Under the pieces are notes generated by a model. It worked only from the letters and a program-made list of their open reading frames with translations, was not told where the DNA came from and ran no database searches. This document shows positions 27,301 through 36,626 of a stretch of DNA of 64,000 nucleotides, piece after piece. The stretch is from a virus. Taxonomy: Duplodnaviria; Caudoviricetes. The stretch spans positions 1,667 to 65,666 of IMG/VR virus record IMGVR_UViG_3300030106_006201. One strand, given 5' to 3'. How positions within the stretch are numbered: the first letter of the stretch is position 1; the number at the start of each line of letters is the position of its first letter. The position numbers were made by a program, and so were the translations under genes.

Positions 27301-28631
27301 TCGTCGCGCCCGTACGCCGAATCGCGGGCGGTGCCGTGCCTTGCCAGTTCGGCTGCCCGGCGACGTTCCCTCTCCACGACGGACAGCCGGTTCAGCGCCT
27401 CGTCGGGGCTGGCGGACCGTTTGCAGGCCTCCACCACCTCGGACGGCGCCAGCCCGTGCGGCGCCCTATCGACGTTCACGGGCCGGTTGTACCAGCGGGA
27501 CACGATGCGCGACACCTGCCCGGCGTCGGCGTAACCGAAATGCTCCCGCAAATCCACGCGCCCGGCCCGCACCACAGCCGAATCCAAAGCCGCGACTTCG
27601 TTGGTGGTGAGCACGGTCAGGATGCCCTGCGGGGTGGCGATCCCGTCGAGCGCGTTCAACAAACCGGACAGGGTGACCCGCTGGCCCTCGTCGCGGTCAG
27701 TGGCGGCGTGGAACACGTCAGCGTCCTCCAACAGCAGCATCGACCTCGGGCTCACCCGGGACACCGCGTCGAGCAGGTTGCAGTCCTTGTCCACATCAGC
27801 CAAAGGCAGATACCAGATGTCCATCCCGAAATGGCTGGCCACCGCGCGGGCCACACTGGTTTTCCCGGTGCCGGGCGGGCCTTCGTACAGGTGCCCGCGA
27901 TGCCACGGCACGCAGCGCCGCGCATAGTCGGCCTCCCCATCGAGGAATCCCTGCACGTCGCCGATGATGCGTTCCAGCTGCCCGTCCGGCAGGATCACCG
28001 AGTCCAGGGCGCGGGCGGGCAGGTCGTCGAGTCGCCGCCAGTCGCCCCACCGGTTCAGCATGCGGAACACCGGCTGCCGGTCCGTCTCGGCGCGGCGGCG
28101 GGCCACCGCCTCTATGGCGTCGATGAGGGCTTTCTGCGCGGCCAAAGATGATGCGGTGAACACGATTTCGTCGGGTTTCCAGATACGGCCCGAATCCTTG
28201 GAGGCCTCCCCTTCGGTGACCTCGACACGGATTCGGTGCCCGCCGATGCGCACCGACTGGTGCCGCGACCCGTCGTAGCGCAGCCGCACCCGGGGCGGGC
28301 GCGGCTTGGACGGGCCGTCACTGGACACGGGTTCCAGCACGGCCATGCCGTGACTGTTCGACGTCCACGCCACCAGGGCGTGCTGATCGGCCGGCGGGAG
28401 CATGCCCAAAACCCATTCGTGTAGGTCGTCGTACACGTCGTCGGTGGACAGCACTTTGACCGTGTAGGTGGTGCGCTCCCGATACTTGCCGCGCATACGC
28501 TGCACCGCCGGGCGGGCAGCCTGCGCGGCGGCCAAAGCCATCGCCGCCCGGGGTGCGCGCAGCCGCAGCGACGCGATCAGATCCGAGGCGTGCGAACCGG
28601 CGGCAGTGGTCTCGGCGTGCAACTCGCTCAC
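27297..28631 (-). CDS. BCS1-like AAA+ ATPase
   Basis: R.LDSVIL, PWHRGHLYEGPPGTGKTS, LLLEDAD, VTLSGLLNALDG, TTN, RAGRVD. Confidence 0.88.
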   Translation of the reverse strand: MSELHAETTAAGSHASDLIASLRLRAPRAAMALAAAQAARPAVQRMRGKYRERTTYTVKVLSTDDVYDDLHEWVLGMLPPADQHALVAWTSNSHGMAVLEPVSSDGPSKPRPPRVRLRYDGSRHQSVRIGGHRIRVEVTEGEASKDSGRIWKPDEIVFTASSLAAQKALIDAIEAVARRRAETDRQPVFRMLNRWGDWRRLDDLPARALDSVILPDGQLERIIGDVQGFLDGEADYARRCVPWHRGHLYEGPPGTGKTSVARAVASHFGMDIWYLPLADVDKDCNLLDAVSRVSPRSMLLLEDADVFHAATDRDEGQRVTLSGLLNALDGIATPQGILTVLTTNEVAALDSAVVRAGRVDLREHFGYADAGQVSRIVSRWYNRPVNVDRAPHGLAPSEVVEACKRSASPDEALNRLSVVERERRRAAELARHGTARDSAYGRDE

Positions 28632-29107
28632 CGTGCGGCCTGCCTTTCTTCAATCGCGCGTCTCACCTGCTCGCGGGTCGCGCCCGGATTGTTGTTCACG
28701 AACCGCAGCCCGTCGATCAGCGCCGCGGCGGCTGCGCCGCGGCAGTCGTACTGGGCTCTGGCCAGCACATCCCACTTGCCGCCCCCGCCGTACGGCCCGT
28801 AAGGCTGCACCTGGTCAGCCGGGCAGCCCTGCACGCAAATGTTGTCGCTGTTGCGGTGCTCGTACACGCAGAACTGCCAACCCGGCACACTGAACGTCAG
28901 GCCGTACTCGCGGCAGTTGTCGAACGTTCCGAAGTCAACCCATTCCGGGCCGAGCGCGTCCAACACCAGCGCGCCCACGATACGGCTGATCGTGACTTGC
29001 ACATCGTCGCCGGTGCAGCAGCCGGGCGCGCACCCAACTTCCGCCGCGCACGGCTCAACCGTGTTGTCAGCGCGCAACTTCGCCAGGGCATCAACGTAGG
29101 CGCTCAC
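28628..29107 (-). CDS. hypothetical protein
   Basis: FDNCREYG...YEHRNSD; GTGA-coupled. Confidence 0.65.
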   Translation of the reverse strand: MSAYVDALAKLRADNTVEPCAAEVGCAPGCCTGDDVQVTISRIVGALVLDALGPEWVDFGTFDNCREYGLTFSVPGWQFCVYEHRNSDNICVQGCPADQVQPYGPYGGGGKWDVLARAQYDCRGAAAAALIDGLRFVNNNPGATREQVRRAIEERQAAR

Positions 29108-29247
29108 CGACCCAGCCCTTCGTCCGGCAGCCGCAGCGGGGGAACGCAATCCCAGCAGCGGCCAGTGAAGTTGCGGAACGGGCCGTGCTGCTCGCACATG
29201 CCTGCTCGCATTGGCATCGGATCATCGTCAGTAGAAGCGGGGTGCAT
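29104..29247 (-). CDS. small Cys protein (47 aa)
   Basis: TACAGT-N7-ATG leaderless start; CEQH...CWDC. Confidence 0.5.
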   Translation of the reverse strand: MHPASTDDDPMPMRAGMCEQHGPFRNFTGRCWDCVPPLRLPDEGLGR

Positions 29248-29294
29248 ACCCGAGACTGTACCGCGATCACAAAACCGGGGCAAGGCTGCCCGTG

Positions 29295-29555
29295 CTACCT
29301 GTAGTCGGCTTGGATCGGTTCAACGATGCGGCACGTACCCATCAGGTGAGGCAGATAGTGCGGATCGTTTTCGTCGCCGTCGTAGGACGGGCATTCACAC
29401 GGGCAGTCGTAGGAGTCGAGCCCCTTGCAGCGCCCGCCATACCGGGTGTGTTCCCGGTATTCGTGGCGGCATGTGCAGGGCACCACGTACCGGTCGAGGG
29501 TGGGGTGCTCGCCGAGCATGAGGACAACGGGCGGCTTCCCGGCGTGGCAGCTCAT
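29295..29555 (-). CDS. Cys-rich hypothetical protein
   Basis: CTCRH...H...C...CEC. Confidence 0.55.
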   Translation of the reverse strand: MSCHAGKPPVVLMLGEHPTLDRYVVPCTCRHEYREHTRYGGRCKGLDSYDCPCECPSYDGDENDPHYLPHLMGTCRIVEPIQADYR

Positions 29556-29737
29556 TTCGCGCCCGCCTGTGCATGGTCTGCGCATCCGCAGCGTTCCGGC
29601 GCGTCCACTTCGAATCCTTCCGGCCACCAGTCTTCGGGAACCTCATCGAGCCCCGCGTCGGCGGCGGCGTCGACCAGGATGAAAACGATATCGACGTGCC
29701 GCCAATTGCCGACGCCGCCGGGTAGCCGCGCGCTCAT
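29552..29737 (-). CDS. hypothetical protein
   Basis: ATGA-coupled. Confidence 0.5.
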   Translation of the reverse strand: MSARLPGGVGNWRHVDIVFILVDAAADAGLDEVPEDWWPEGFEVDAPERCGCADHAQAGAK

Positions 29738-30366
29738 TTCGCGCCAGCTTTCTGCTTGTCGACCCAGCGCTGCGACGCGTCGCGCTGGCAGTCCCGGCAG
29801 ACCGTCGTGCCGTAGCTGTCGAAACGGGTGTTCTGCTCGGTGCGGCGGTGCCCGTTGCGGCACTCCGGCGACAACTCGTCCATGGTCCGTTCACGCCCCA
29901 CGCCGCCGCGCCGCTGCCATTCGTAAGACTTCAACCTGTTACATTTCGCGCACCGAAAACCCTTGCCGGGCTTGTTTTCCTGCCGGTTCTGGCGCGTCCA
30001 CAGATGGCCTTGCGGGCACGTCAACGACACCACCAGGTTGTCCCGGTAGGTTTGCCCCGCCACGCCCCGCGCGCACAACACCTGCGCGTGCAGGTCATTC
30101 ACGCAGCGCTGATTACCGCACCGCGCATACAGGAACAGGCCGGTCGGCAAGTCGACGCCGCGGGCCAGCCGCCAGGCGTACCGCCTCGGAATCCAGGAAC
30201 GCCGGTGCCCGTGCTCGTCCACGTCATCCCAGAACCGGCCGTGCCCGTTATCCGAGGTGGCCGACGCCGCCCACAGCACGCACGGCGACCCCTCGAAAAC
30301 TGATTCGTGGTCGACTATCAGTTTGGCGGCGAAACGCTGCGGGGCCGGCAGTTTCAGTACACCCAC
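29734..30366 (-). CDS. degenerate HNH/His-Me finger protein with two CxxGH..CxxC modules
   Basis: CVLW...GHGRF...RYAW...ARCGNQRCVN; CPQGH..CAKC and CRNGH..CRDC. Confidence 0.7.
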   Translation of the reverse strand: MGVLKLPAPQRFAAKLIVDHESVFEGSPCVLWAASATSDNGHGRFWDDVDEHGHRRSWIPRRYAWRLARGVDLPTGLFLYARCGNQRCVNDLHAQVLCARGVAGQTYRDNLVVSLTCPQGHLWTRQNRQENKPGKGFRCAKCNRLKSYEWQRRGGVGRERTMDELSPECRNGHRRTEQNTRFDSYGTTVCRDCQRDASQRWVDKQKAGAK

Positions 30367-30584
30367 GCGACACGCTCCACGCTGCCGTTTTTGCGGACCA
30401 GGATTTCGTGCCCGGTGTCGCGCCAGGCTTCGATGCTGTCGGCCATGCCCACAAAGCGCCGCACCACTTCGGTGACGGTCAGCTCGTGTTTCGCCGCGTA
30501 CCGCCGCAGCGCCGCCTCGGTTTGCGCGTTGATGTTGATGTTGAGCCGCGTCTGCCGCGGCCTATCCTGGGGTGCAGATGCCAT
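30354..30584 (-). CDS. ribbon-helix-helix regulator
   Basis: RLNININAQTEAALRRYA...LTVTEVVRR; TAGCAT-N6-ATG. Confidence 0.75.
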   Translation of the reverse strand: MASAPQDRPRQTRLNININAQTEAALRRYAAKHELTVTEVVRRFVGMADSIEAWRDTGHEILVRKNGSVERVAWVY

Positions 30585-30658
30585 GCAGACATGCTACGGC
30601 TGGAAACGGTGATCACACAACCCTAGACGTTCCGTGATCACCGTGATAGCGTGACGGC
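30585..30658. promoter_or_regulatory. divergent leaderless promoters with inverted ACGGTGATCAC sites
   Basis: TAGCAT (minus, 30591-30596) and TAGCGT (plus, 30647-30652), each 6 nt from an ATG; ACGGTGATCAC at 30606-30616 and its inverse at 30634-30644. Confidence 0.7.
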
Positions 30659-31345
30659 ATGCACCCCGCCACCTACCTGTTCAACCGAACCCCAATCCGC
30701 GCACGCCCCGACCACGTGACCGGCCTAGACCCCCGCCTCATAGAAGCCACGCCAAACCTACGCCGAGCCAGCCTGCCGAACGCCGCCATGTTCGGCGGCC
30801 CGCTAGTGCGCAAGTGCCTAGAACAGGCCCCACTCGCAGGCGACCGCTTACACATCATCGTCGACACCAAAGTCTCGATGCTCATGCCCGGATGGCTGCC
30901 GGCGATACCGGGCTGGCACACCGACGGCGTCCCGCGCGGTCGCAACCTCAACCCCGCCGCCGCAGGCCAACCGTCGATGGCAGAGCAGCACCAACAGTCC
31001 GAGGCGGGGTACTTCCCGCGCTACCACACCATCATCGTCGGCAACGACTGCCCGACCGAGTTCCTCCACAGCCCCCTCACCCTCGCCCTTGAACACGGTG
31101 AAAGTGAGGACCTTTACGCGGAGATGACCAGACTCGTAGATGGAGGCGGTCATGTCGTTGACGTTCCCCGCCCGAATGAGTGGGTGTCGTGGGACTGGTG
31201 GAACGTCCACCGCGCCACCGAGGCAACCGAACGCGGCTGGCGACTACTTGTGCGGGTTACCGAATCCGACACCATCCCGCCAGCCGAGACAGGATTCATC
31301 CGCGCACAAAACCAGGTGTACGTCCCCCGAGAGTTCGGCTGGTAG
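30659..31345 (+). CDS. putative 2OG-Fe(II) dioxygenase-fold protein
   Basis: PGWHTDG (HxD) ... VHRA ... WRLLVR. Confidence 0.6.
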   Translation: MHPATYLFNRTPIRARPDHVTGLDPRLIEATPNLRRASLPNAAMFGGPLVRKCLEQAPLAGDRLHIIVDTKVSMLMPGWLPAIPGWHTDGVPRGRNLNPAAAGQPSMAEQHQQSEAGYFPRYHTIIVGNDCPTEFLHSPLTLALEHGESEDLYAEMTRLVDGGGHVVDVPRPNEWVSWDWWNVHRATEATERGWRLLVRVTESDTIPPAETGFIRAQNQVYVPREFGW

Positions 31346-31671
31346 CCCACCTCTACTGACAACGGATAGAAGCCTGGCATTGTCGGACCCTCCCAGGCCC
31401 TGACCCTCCCATTGACCGCTCACCGTCTGGTCCGCACCACGTCTGGCCCCTCGGCGGTGTGGCCGTAGGGGCTTCGATCCGTACCGTCGGGCTGCTCTAG
31501 ATCAGTCGTCGGGTGCCCCGCCTGCTTTCGGGGACTTGTGGAGTGAGCTCAACGCCGGGCGGCCGTGTCAGGTACCGCGGGACGCAGGCAGGTAGGCAGC
31601 TGGTTTGGTGACCCGGCGGGCTGCCCTCGCATCAAAACGCCGGTAGTTCTCCCTACATGTAGGGGCTGGCG

Positions 31672-31702
31672 TTGACGGGGCACACGCGATGGTGTGTAGA
31701 AT
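31672..31702 (+). promoter_or_regulatory. SigA-like promoter upstream of capsid
   Basis: TTGACG-N19-TAGAAT with TG-rich extension; spacer is long. Confidence 0.5.
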
Positions 31703-31726
31703 CGCAACCAGCCGTCCAAAGCTGTT

Positions 31727-31767
31727 TCGACCCTCGCCCCTTCGGGAGCGGGGGTCGACTCTTTTCT
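31727..31767 (+). terminator. 14-bp hairpin with C(UUCG)G loop followed by a U-rich run
   Basis: TCGACCCTCGCCCC-TTCG-GGAGCGGGGGTCGA-CTCTTTTCT. Confidence 0.6.
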
Positions 31768-31864
31768 ACCACGCGCGCCCGCGAAATGCCCACGCCCGCC
31801 CTGCCCGCACACACCCGTCCTACTGTCTGTTTCGCAGAGAGTTCCCGGTTGGGAGCGACCGACA

Positions 31865-33922
31865 ATGGACAGGAGCAGGGTTGTGAAGTTCCCTGAGAAG
31901 CTTCCCGCCGGAGCCGCCGAGCTGAAGACGCTCAAGGATGAGGCCACCACCGAGCTGCACAACTGGCTCAAGCGCCACGAGGCGGGCGAGCAGTTCAGCG
32001 AGGATGAGCAGGCCGAGTTCGAGAAGGTGTACTCGTTCCACAGCGAGGTCACTTCCGCCCACGAGTCTGCGGAGGCCGAGTCGGCGCGCCGCGCGGACCT
32101 GTTCGCGAAGGCCGCGGAGGCGGTGAAGCCGCCCGCCGAACCCGAGCCCGCAGCCCCGGAGCCCGAGCCGGAACCGGAGCCCGAACCCGCCAAGGCCGAG
32201 CAGCCCGCACCGCCCGCGCCCGCACCGGCGACCCCGGAGCCCGAACCGGCAGCCCCCGCCGCCCCCGAGTCCGGGGAACTGGTCGCCGCATCCGCGCGGC
32301 AGCCCGTGTCGTTCGCCGGGGCCAGCGGAGGCCGCAACGACATACCCGCCCCCGTCGACACCCCCGACGCGCAGCCCGCCGGCGGCCTCGAACTGCTGCC
32401 GTCCTGCCCCAACTACCGGGCAGACCGCGACCAAGGCCTCGTCTCGTTCGCCACCCTCGCCGAGCGCATCAACAGTGTTGCCCGCGGTAACCGGCGCGCC
32501 ATCAAGCCGACCGGCAACCGCGGCGGCCTGGCATCCCAAGAGCTGGCCATGATCCGCCGGCCCGGCATCAACGTGGTCAAGGACTACAACGAGCTGCTCA
32601 CCGAGCTGAACCGGCTCAACGCCGAAGCCGACGGGCCGCAGGGCCTGGTCGCCTCCGGCGGCTGGTGCGCCCCGTCCGAGCAGATCTACAGCTTCTGCGA
32701 CCCGGTGATGGCCACCGACCTTATCTCGCTTCCCGAGATCGGCATTTCGCGGGGCGGCATCATCTTCCCCACCGAACCCGACGTGTCCGCTCTGCTGTCC
32801 GATTTCGCGTTCCAGTTCTACTTCACCGAAGCCGAACTGGAGGCCGAGGACGGCAACGGTGACCCGACCGCCATCAAGGAACTCATCGAAATTGAGTGCC
32901 CCGATGACATGGTGGAGCACCGGCTGAACGCGATCGGCTACGGCGTGAAGGGCGGCATCCTGCAGAACCAGGCGTGGCCGGAGCTGACGGCGTGGTGGCT
33001 GCAGACGTTCGCCCAAGCCCACCTGCGCGGCGTGTCGTGGCGCACCATCAACGACATGGTGGCCGGGTCGGGTGTGCCGATCGTCACCCCCACTGACGCG
33101 GTGATCGGCGCGACCAGCTCGGTTCTGAACGCGTTGGAGATCAACGCGATGAACCTGCGCCTCAAAAAGGGTCTGTCGCGTACCGCGGTGATCGAGGTGG
33201 TGGCCCCGTCGTGGCTGCCCAGCGTGATCCGCTCCGACCTGGCCATGCGCGAAGGCCTCGACGCGCTCGCCGTGTCCGACGGCCAGATCCTGGAATGGAT
33301 GCGCGCCCGCAACATCGCGCCGCAGTTCGTGGCCGACTGGCAGGCCCGCGGCGTCGGCCAGCCTGGCCACCTGGACACCAAGACCTGGCCCGGCTACGCC
33401 GACGTGATCATGTACCCGCGCGGCACCTGGTTCCGGTCGATGTCCGAGGTGATCACCCTGGGCGCCATGTACCCGATCGAGCAGGTGACGGTGAACCGGT
33501 TCACCCACATGTTCACCGAGGACGCCATCCTGGTCGCGAAGCGCTGCGACGACTCGATCATCTCGCGGATGCCGCTGTGCGTGAACGGCGCGGTCGGCGC
33601 CCGCGAGCAGATCACGTGCAGCTACACCGGTGTGGAAACCCTGACCGCGACGGTCACCATCACCGGCACCCCGACCGGCGGCACATGGGAGGCCACGCTG
33701 GGCGGCCAGTCCACCGATATCGCCCACAACGCTTCGGCCGCGCAGGTGAAGACGGCGCTGGTCGCGCTGGACGACTCGTTCCTGGCCGCGGACTTCACCA
33801 CCACCGGCGGCGCCCTGCCCGGCACCCCGGTCGTGGTGACCTACCCGGCCGAGCTGGGGGCGCTCACCGTCGACGGCACCGACCTGACGGGCGGCACCTC
33901 GCCGGCAGTGACCGTGTCCTGA
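31865..33922 (+). CDS. major capsid protein with N-terminal scaffold-like region and C-terminal Ig-like extension
   Basis: 685 aa; coiled/Pro-rich N-terminus, LVASGGWCAPSE, FTED; position. Confidence 0.85.
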   Translation: MDRSRVVKFPEKLPAGAAELKTLKDEATTELHNWLKRHEAGEQFSEDEQAEFEKVYSFHSEVTSAHESAEAESARRADLFAKAAEAVKPPAEPEPAAPEPEPEPEPEPAKAEQPAPPAPAPATPEPEPAAPAAPESGELVAASARQPVSFAGASGGRNDIPAPVDTPDAQPAGGLELLPSCPNYRADRDQGLVSFATLAERINSVARGNRRAIKPTGNRGGLASQELAMIRRPGINVVKDYNELLTELNRLNAEADGPQGLVASGGWCAPSEQIYSFCDPVMATDLISLPEIGISRGGIIFPTEPDVSALLSDFAFQFYFTEAELEAEDGNGDPTAIKELIEIECPDDMVEHRLNAIGYGVKGGILQNQAWPELTAWWLQTFAQAHLRGVSWRTINDMVAGSGVPIVTPTDAVIGATSSVLNALEINAMNLRLKKGLSRTAVIEVVAPSWLPSVIRSDLAMREGLDALAVSDGQILEWMRARNIAPQFVADWQARGVGQPGHLDTKTWPGYADVIMYPRGTWFRSMSEVITLGAMYPIEQVTVNRFTHMFTEDAILVAKRCDDSIISRMPLCVNGAVGAREQITCSYTGVETLTATVTITGTPTGGTWEATLGGQSTDIAHNASAAQVKTALVALDDSFLAADFTTTGGALPGTPVVVTYPAELGALTVDGTDLTGGTSPAVTVS

Positions 33923-33948
33923 CCGCAGGGGAGCTGTCAACATAGACG

Positions 33949-34019
33949 GAGGCAGGTGTAGCGCGTGAACAGGGTGGCCTTCCGAGGGTGCATACCGCGC
34001 AGCGCGCCACACCTGCCTC
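33949..34019 (+). other. long intergenic stem-loop after capsid
   Basis: GAGGCAGGTGTAGCGCG ... CGCGCCACACCTGCCTC (17-bp stem, 1 mismatch). Confidence 0.65.
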
Positions 34020-34046
34020 TCCCGTGCAGGAAAGGACTGATCGATC

Positions 34047-34820
34047 ATGGCTGAGTTGCAACCGGTGCAGTTCCAGGCCCCGCCGGTCAACCCGGCCGCC
34101 CCGAACCTGTACGCCGTCATCAACTGGCAGCAGGACGGCGGGGACGGGCCGCTGCGGTTCCTGACCGGTGTGGACGTGGAGCCGTTCAACTACGGCGCCG
34201 CCGCCGGGGTGTGGGGCGCGGCGTGGTGCGCCTCCGAGGATGATCTGGCCGTCGACGATGTGAAAGACATCAACGACCGCCCCGACTTCCCGGCCACGTA
34301 CACGGCGGGCACGTTCTTCGGCTACGACGAGTGCACGCCCCGCGACATGTCGGAGGTGCAGGCCCGGGCCGCCCAGAATCAGCGGGTGTTGGAGCCGTCG
34401 TCGGTGGAGGACATGGTGGCCACCCGGCTGCTGGCCGACGTGTCCGGCGACGAGATTGCGGCCGTCACGGTGGTGGCCGCGGTCGGCGTGCTGGAGGCGG
34501 CGATCGCGCAGACCGGCATCCCGGGCTTCATTCACGCCGCCCCGCAGTGGGCGGCGCCGGCCGCGGAGGCCAACCTGATCAGCCGGCAGGGCGCGCTGCT
34601 GCGCACCCCGCTGGGCAACACGTGGGTGTTCGGCGGCGGCTACGTCGACACCCTCACCGACACGCTGGTCGCCACCAGCCAGCCGTACGGGTGGCGCGGC
34701 CCGCAGAACGTGCACCCGGCGTTGAAGATGGAACACAACCGGTACGTGACGGTGGCCGAGCGTTCGGTGCTGGTCGCGTGGGAGGCCACCATCGCGGCGG
34801 CCACGATCGGAGCGGAGTGA
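34047..34820 (+). CDS. virion structural protein (minor capsid/decoration candidate)
   Basis: Follows capsid; AAAGGA SD; TPLGNTWVFGGGY. Confidence 0.65.
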   Translation: MAELQPVQFQAPPVNPAAPNLYAVINWQQDGGDGPLRFLTGVDVEPFNYGAAAGVWGAAWCASEDDLAVDDVKDINDRPDFPATYTAGTFFGYDECTPRDMSEVQARAAQNQRVLEPSSVEDMVATRLLADVSGDEIAAVTVVAAVGVLEAAIAQTGIPGFIHAAPQWAAPAAEANLISRQGALLRTPLGNTWVFGGGYVDTLTDTLVATSQPYGWRGPQNVHPALKMEHNRYVTVAERSVLVAWEATIAAATIGAE

Positions 34821-35341
34821 TGACCATGAACGGTGTGGATGTGGTGGTCGATGATGGTGTCGCCACGTTCGATTTTCGGGAGCGCGGCACGCGCGGCCCC
34901 GGGCTGGCCGCGCTGATCGCGGCGGGCGGGAAGCCGCGGAAGGTGACGCGGGGCGGGCCGCGGCCCCGCTACGAGGTGGACGAGTCCGTGGCGCGGCGCG
35001 CCGGGCTGCTGGCTGAGCCGGTGGAGGCGCTGGCCACGGATGTGCGGACCTCGGCGGGGGACGCGACGGGCATTGTGCAGCCCACGGTGCCGTCGTCGGT
35101 GAATGCGCACACACAGTCGCAGCATCACGGCAAGCTGCGCCAGCGCGAGCAGCAGCCCACACTCGGCGACCGGCCCGCCGCATTGGCCGAGCCGGAGCAG
35201 CCGGTGACCTGGCCGGAAGGCGAACCGAACGACGATTGGCGCCGCGACGAAATCGATGACTACGCGTTGGCGCACGGACTCGACACCCGAGACATCCGGC
35301 TCAAAGCCGACGCGCTGCAGGCGATCAAGGATGCCAGCTGA
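34820..35341 (+). CDS. hypothetical structural protein
   Basis: TGATG overlap. Confidence 0.55.
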   Translation: MTMNGVDVVVDDGVATFDFRERGTRGPGLAALIAAGGKPRKVTRGGPRPRYEVDESVARRAGLLAEPVEALATDVRTSAGDATGIVQPTVPSSVNAHTQSQHHGKLRQREQQPTLGDRPAALAEPEQPVTWPEGEPNDDWRRDEIDDYALAHGLDTRDIRLKADALQAIKDAS

Positions 35342-35607
35342 TGGCCGACCTGTTCACCGCGCCCCCCAAATTCTGGCGCGACACCCGCGAACGCACCGTC
35401 AGCTCAGCTGTCCAAGGCTTCGTCACCGGCGCCGGCCTGCAGCAGGGCGGCGAATGGGTCGGCCAGGTCGACCTGTCGGTGCTGCCCTGGCAGGGCGCGC
35501 TGCTCGGCGCCGCAGGCATGGGCTTTTTCACGTTCGTGAAATGCATCTACGCTCGCACGAAAGGCGACAAGGATGACGCCTCGCTGGTGAAACTCGATGG
35601 GGCCTGA
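35341..35607 (+). CDS. holin (r1t-like)
   Basis: FWRDTRERTVSSAVQ, two TM segments, C-terminal ASLV. Confidence 0.75.
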   Translation: MADLFTAPPKFWRDTRERTVSSAVQGFVTGAGLQQGGEWVGQVDLSVLPWQGALLGAAGMGFFTFVKCIYARTKGDKDDASLVKLDGA

Positions 35608-35641
35608 CCGGAGGAACTCGACATGGCGGGAGGAGTGACCC

Positions 35642-35914
35642 GTGTTTGGGCTCTCGCCGGATCAATGGGACGACTGGTCGGCTATCGGGCTGCTGACAGC
35701 GTTGTGTGTTGTCCTTGGATGGCTGGTCCTGTCTGGCCGGCTGGTTCCCCGCAAACAGGTCGACGCCGAGAAAGCGCCCCTGGTTTCGGAGGTCGACTTT
35801 CTGCGCCGCGCCAACTCGGCGAAAGACGAAACGATCAGCGTGCAGGCGAAGATGCTGTCCGAGCGCGACCTGATGGCGGCGGTTCGCGACTACATGCAGC
35901 AGACCCCGCGATGA
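35642..35914 (+). CDS. membrane protein
   Basis: One TM segment followed by GRLVP. Confidence 0.6.
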   Translation: MFGLSPDQWDDWSAIGLLTALCVVLGWLVLSGRLVPRKQVDAEKAPLVSEVDFLRRANSAKDETISVQAKMLSERDLMAAVRDYMQQTPR

Positions 35915-36114
35915 GGTGGCCGTGGCAGCGGCACCAGCGCGCCGCGGTGACCAAGGCGCGCCAGCGCGCCGCGGACGCCGCCGCCGAAGCCGACCGCGCC
36001 ACCGAGCAGCTGCGGCAGGTGAAACGGTCCGCGGCGACCGAGTCGGTGCGCTCAGCCGCCATCAAAGCCGAGTTCACCAGCCTGCTCGACGCCGCGTTCC
36101 AGGCCCGGCGATGA
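35911..36114 (+). CDS. hypothetical protein
   Basis: MRWPW...; coupled. Confidence 0.55.
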   Translation: MRWPWQRHQRAAVTKARQRAADAAAEADRATEQLRQVKRSAATESVRSAAIKAEFTSLLDAAFQARR

Positions 36115-36527
36115 AACTCGTCCGCAGACACGCCTTCACTCTGGGATATGTGACATCGGCGGTGGCGGTGGCCGCGGTGATCGCCGCCGACATGTGGGCC
36201 GACCCCAACTACCAGTTCATGGCGAACGTGGCGCTGCTCGCCATCGCCGGCCTGGTCGCCGCGTTCACGCTCACGTTCTGGGTGTGGTCGGATTGGCGGT
36301 CAAGCCAGCTGGGTTTCGTGTTCCTGCGCAAATGCATCACCCTGACCGCGGTGATGGCGCTGGCCGCGATGGCCGCCTGGTGGGACCAGCACTTCCCGGG
36401 CCGCCAGCATCTGCGGTTCGCCGTGTTCACGCTCGGCGCCCTGTGGTATGCGCCGATGCTGATCGTGCTGGTGCGCACCATCCGACGCTCCCGCCGGGCG
36501 CGCGCCGCCGCCGACGCCGACACCTGA
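36111..36527 (+). CDS. multi-pass membrane protein (holin-like)
   Basis: Four hydrophobic segments. Confidence 0.6.
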   Translation: MKLVRRHAFTLGYVTSAVAVAAVIAADMWADPNYQFMANVALLAIAGLVAAFTLTFWVWSDWRSSQLGFVFLRKCITLTAVMALAAMAAWWDQHFPGRQHLRFAVFTLGALWYAPMLIVLVRTIRRSRRARAAADADT

Positions 36528-36626
36528 CGCGCCGCGGGTGCACACGGGCTGCTTAGTGTTCGACACAGCCTCGGAAAGGCCACAACGGACGGCGCCGAAG
36601 CGCCGAACATGCAGGAGAGGGCCAAC

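Noticed and set aside
32130-32270. PEPEP/PAP low-complexity repeats
   Set aside because: An ordinary Pro-rich linker in the capsid N-terminal region.
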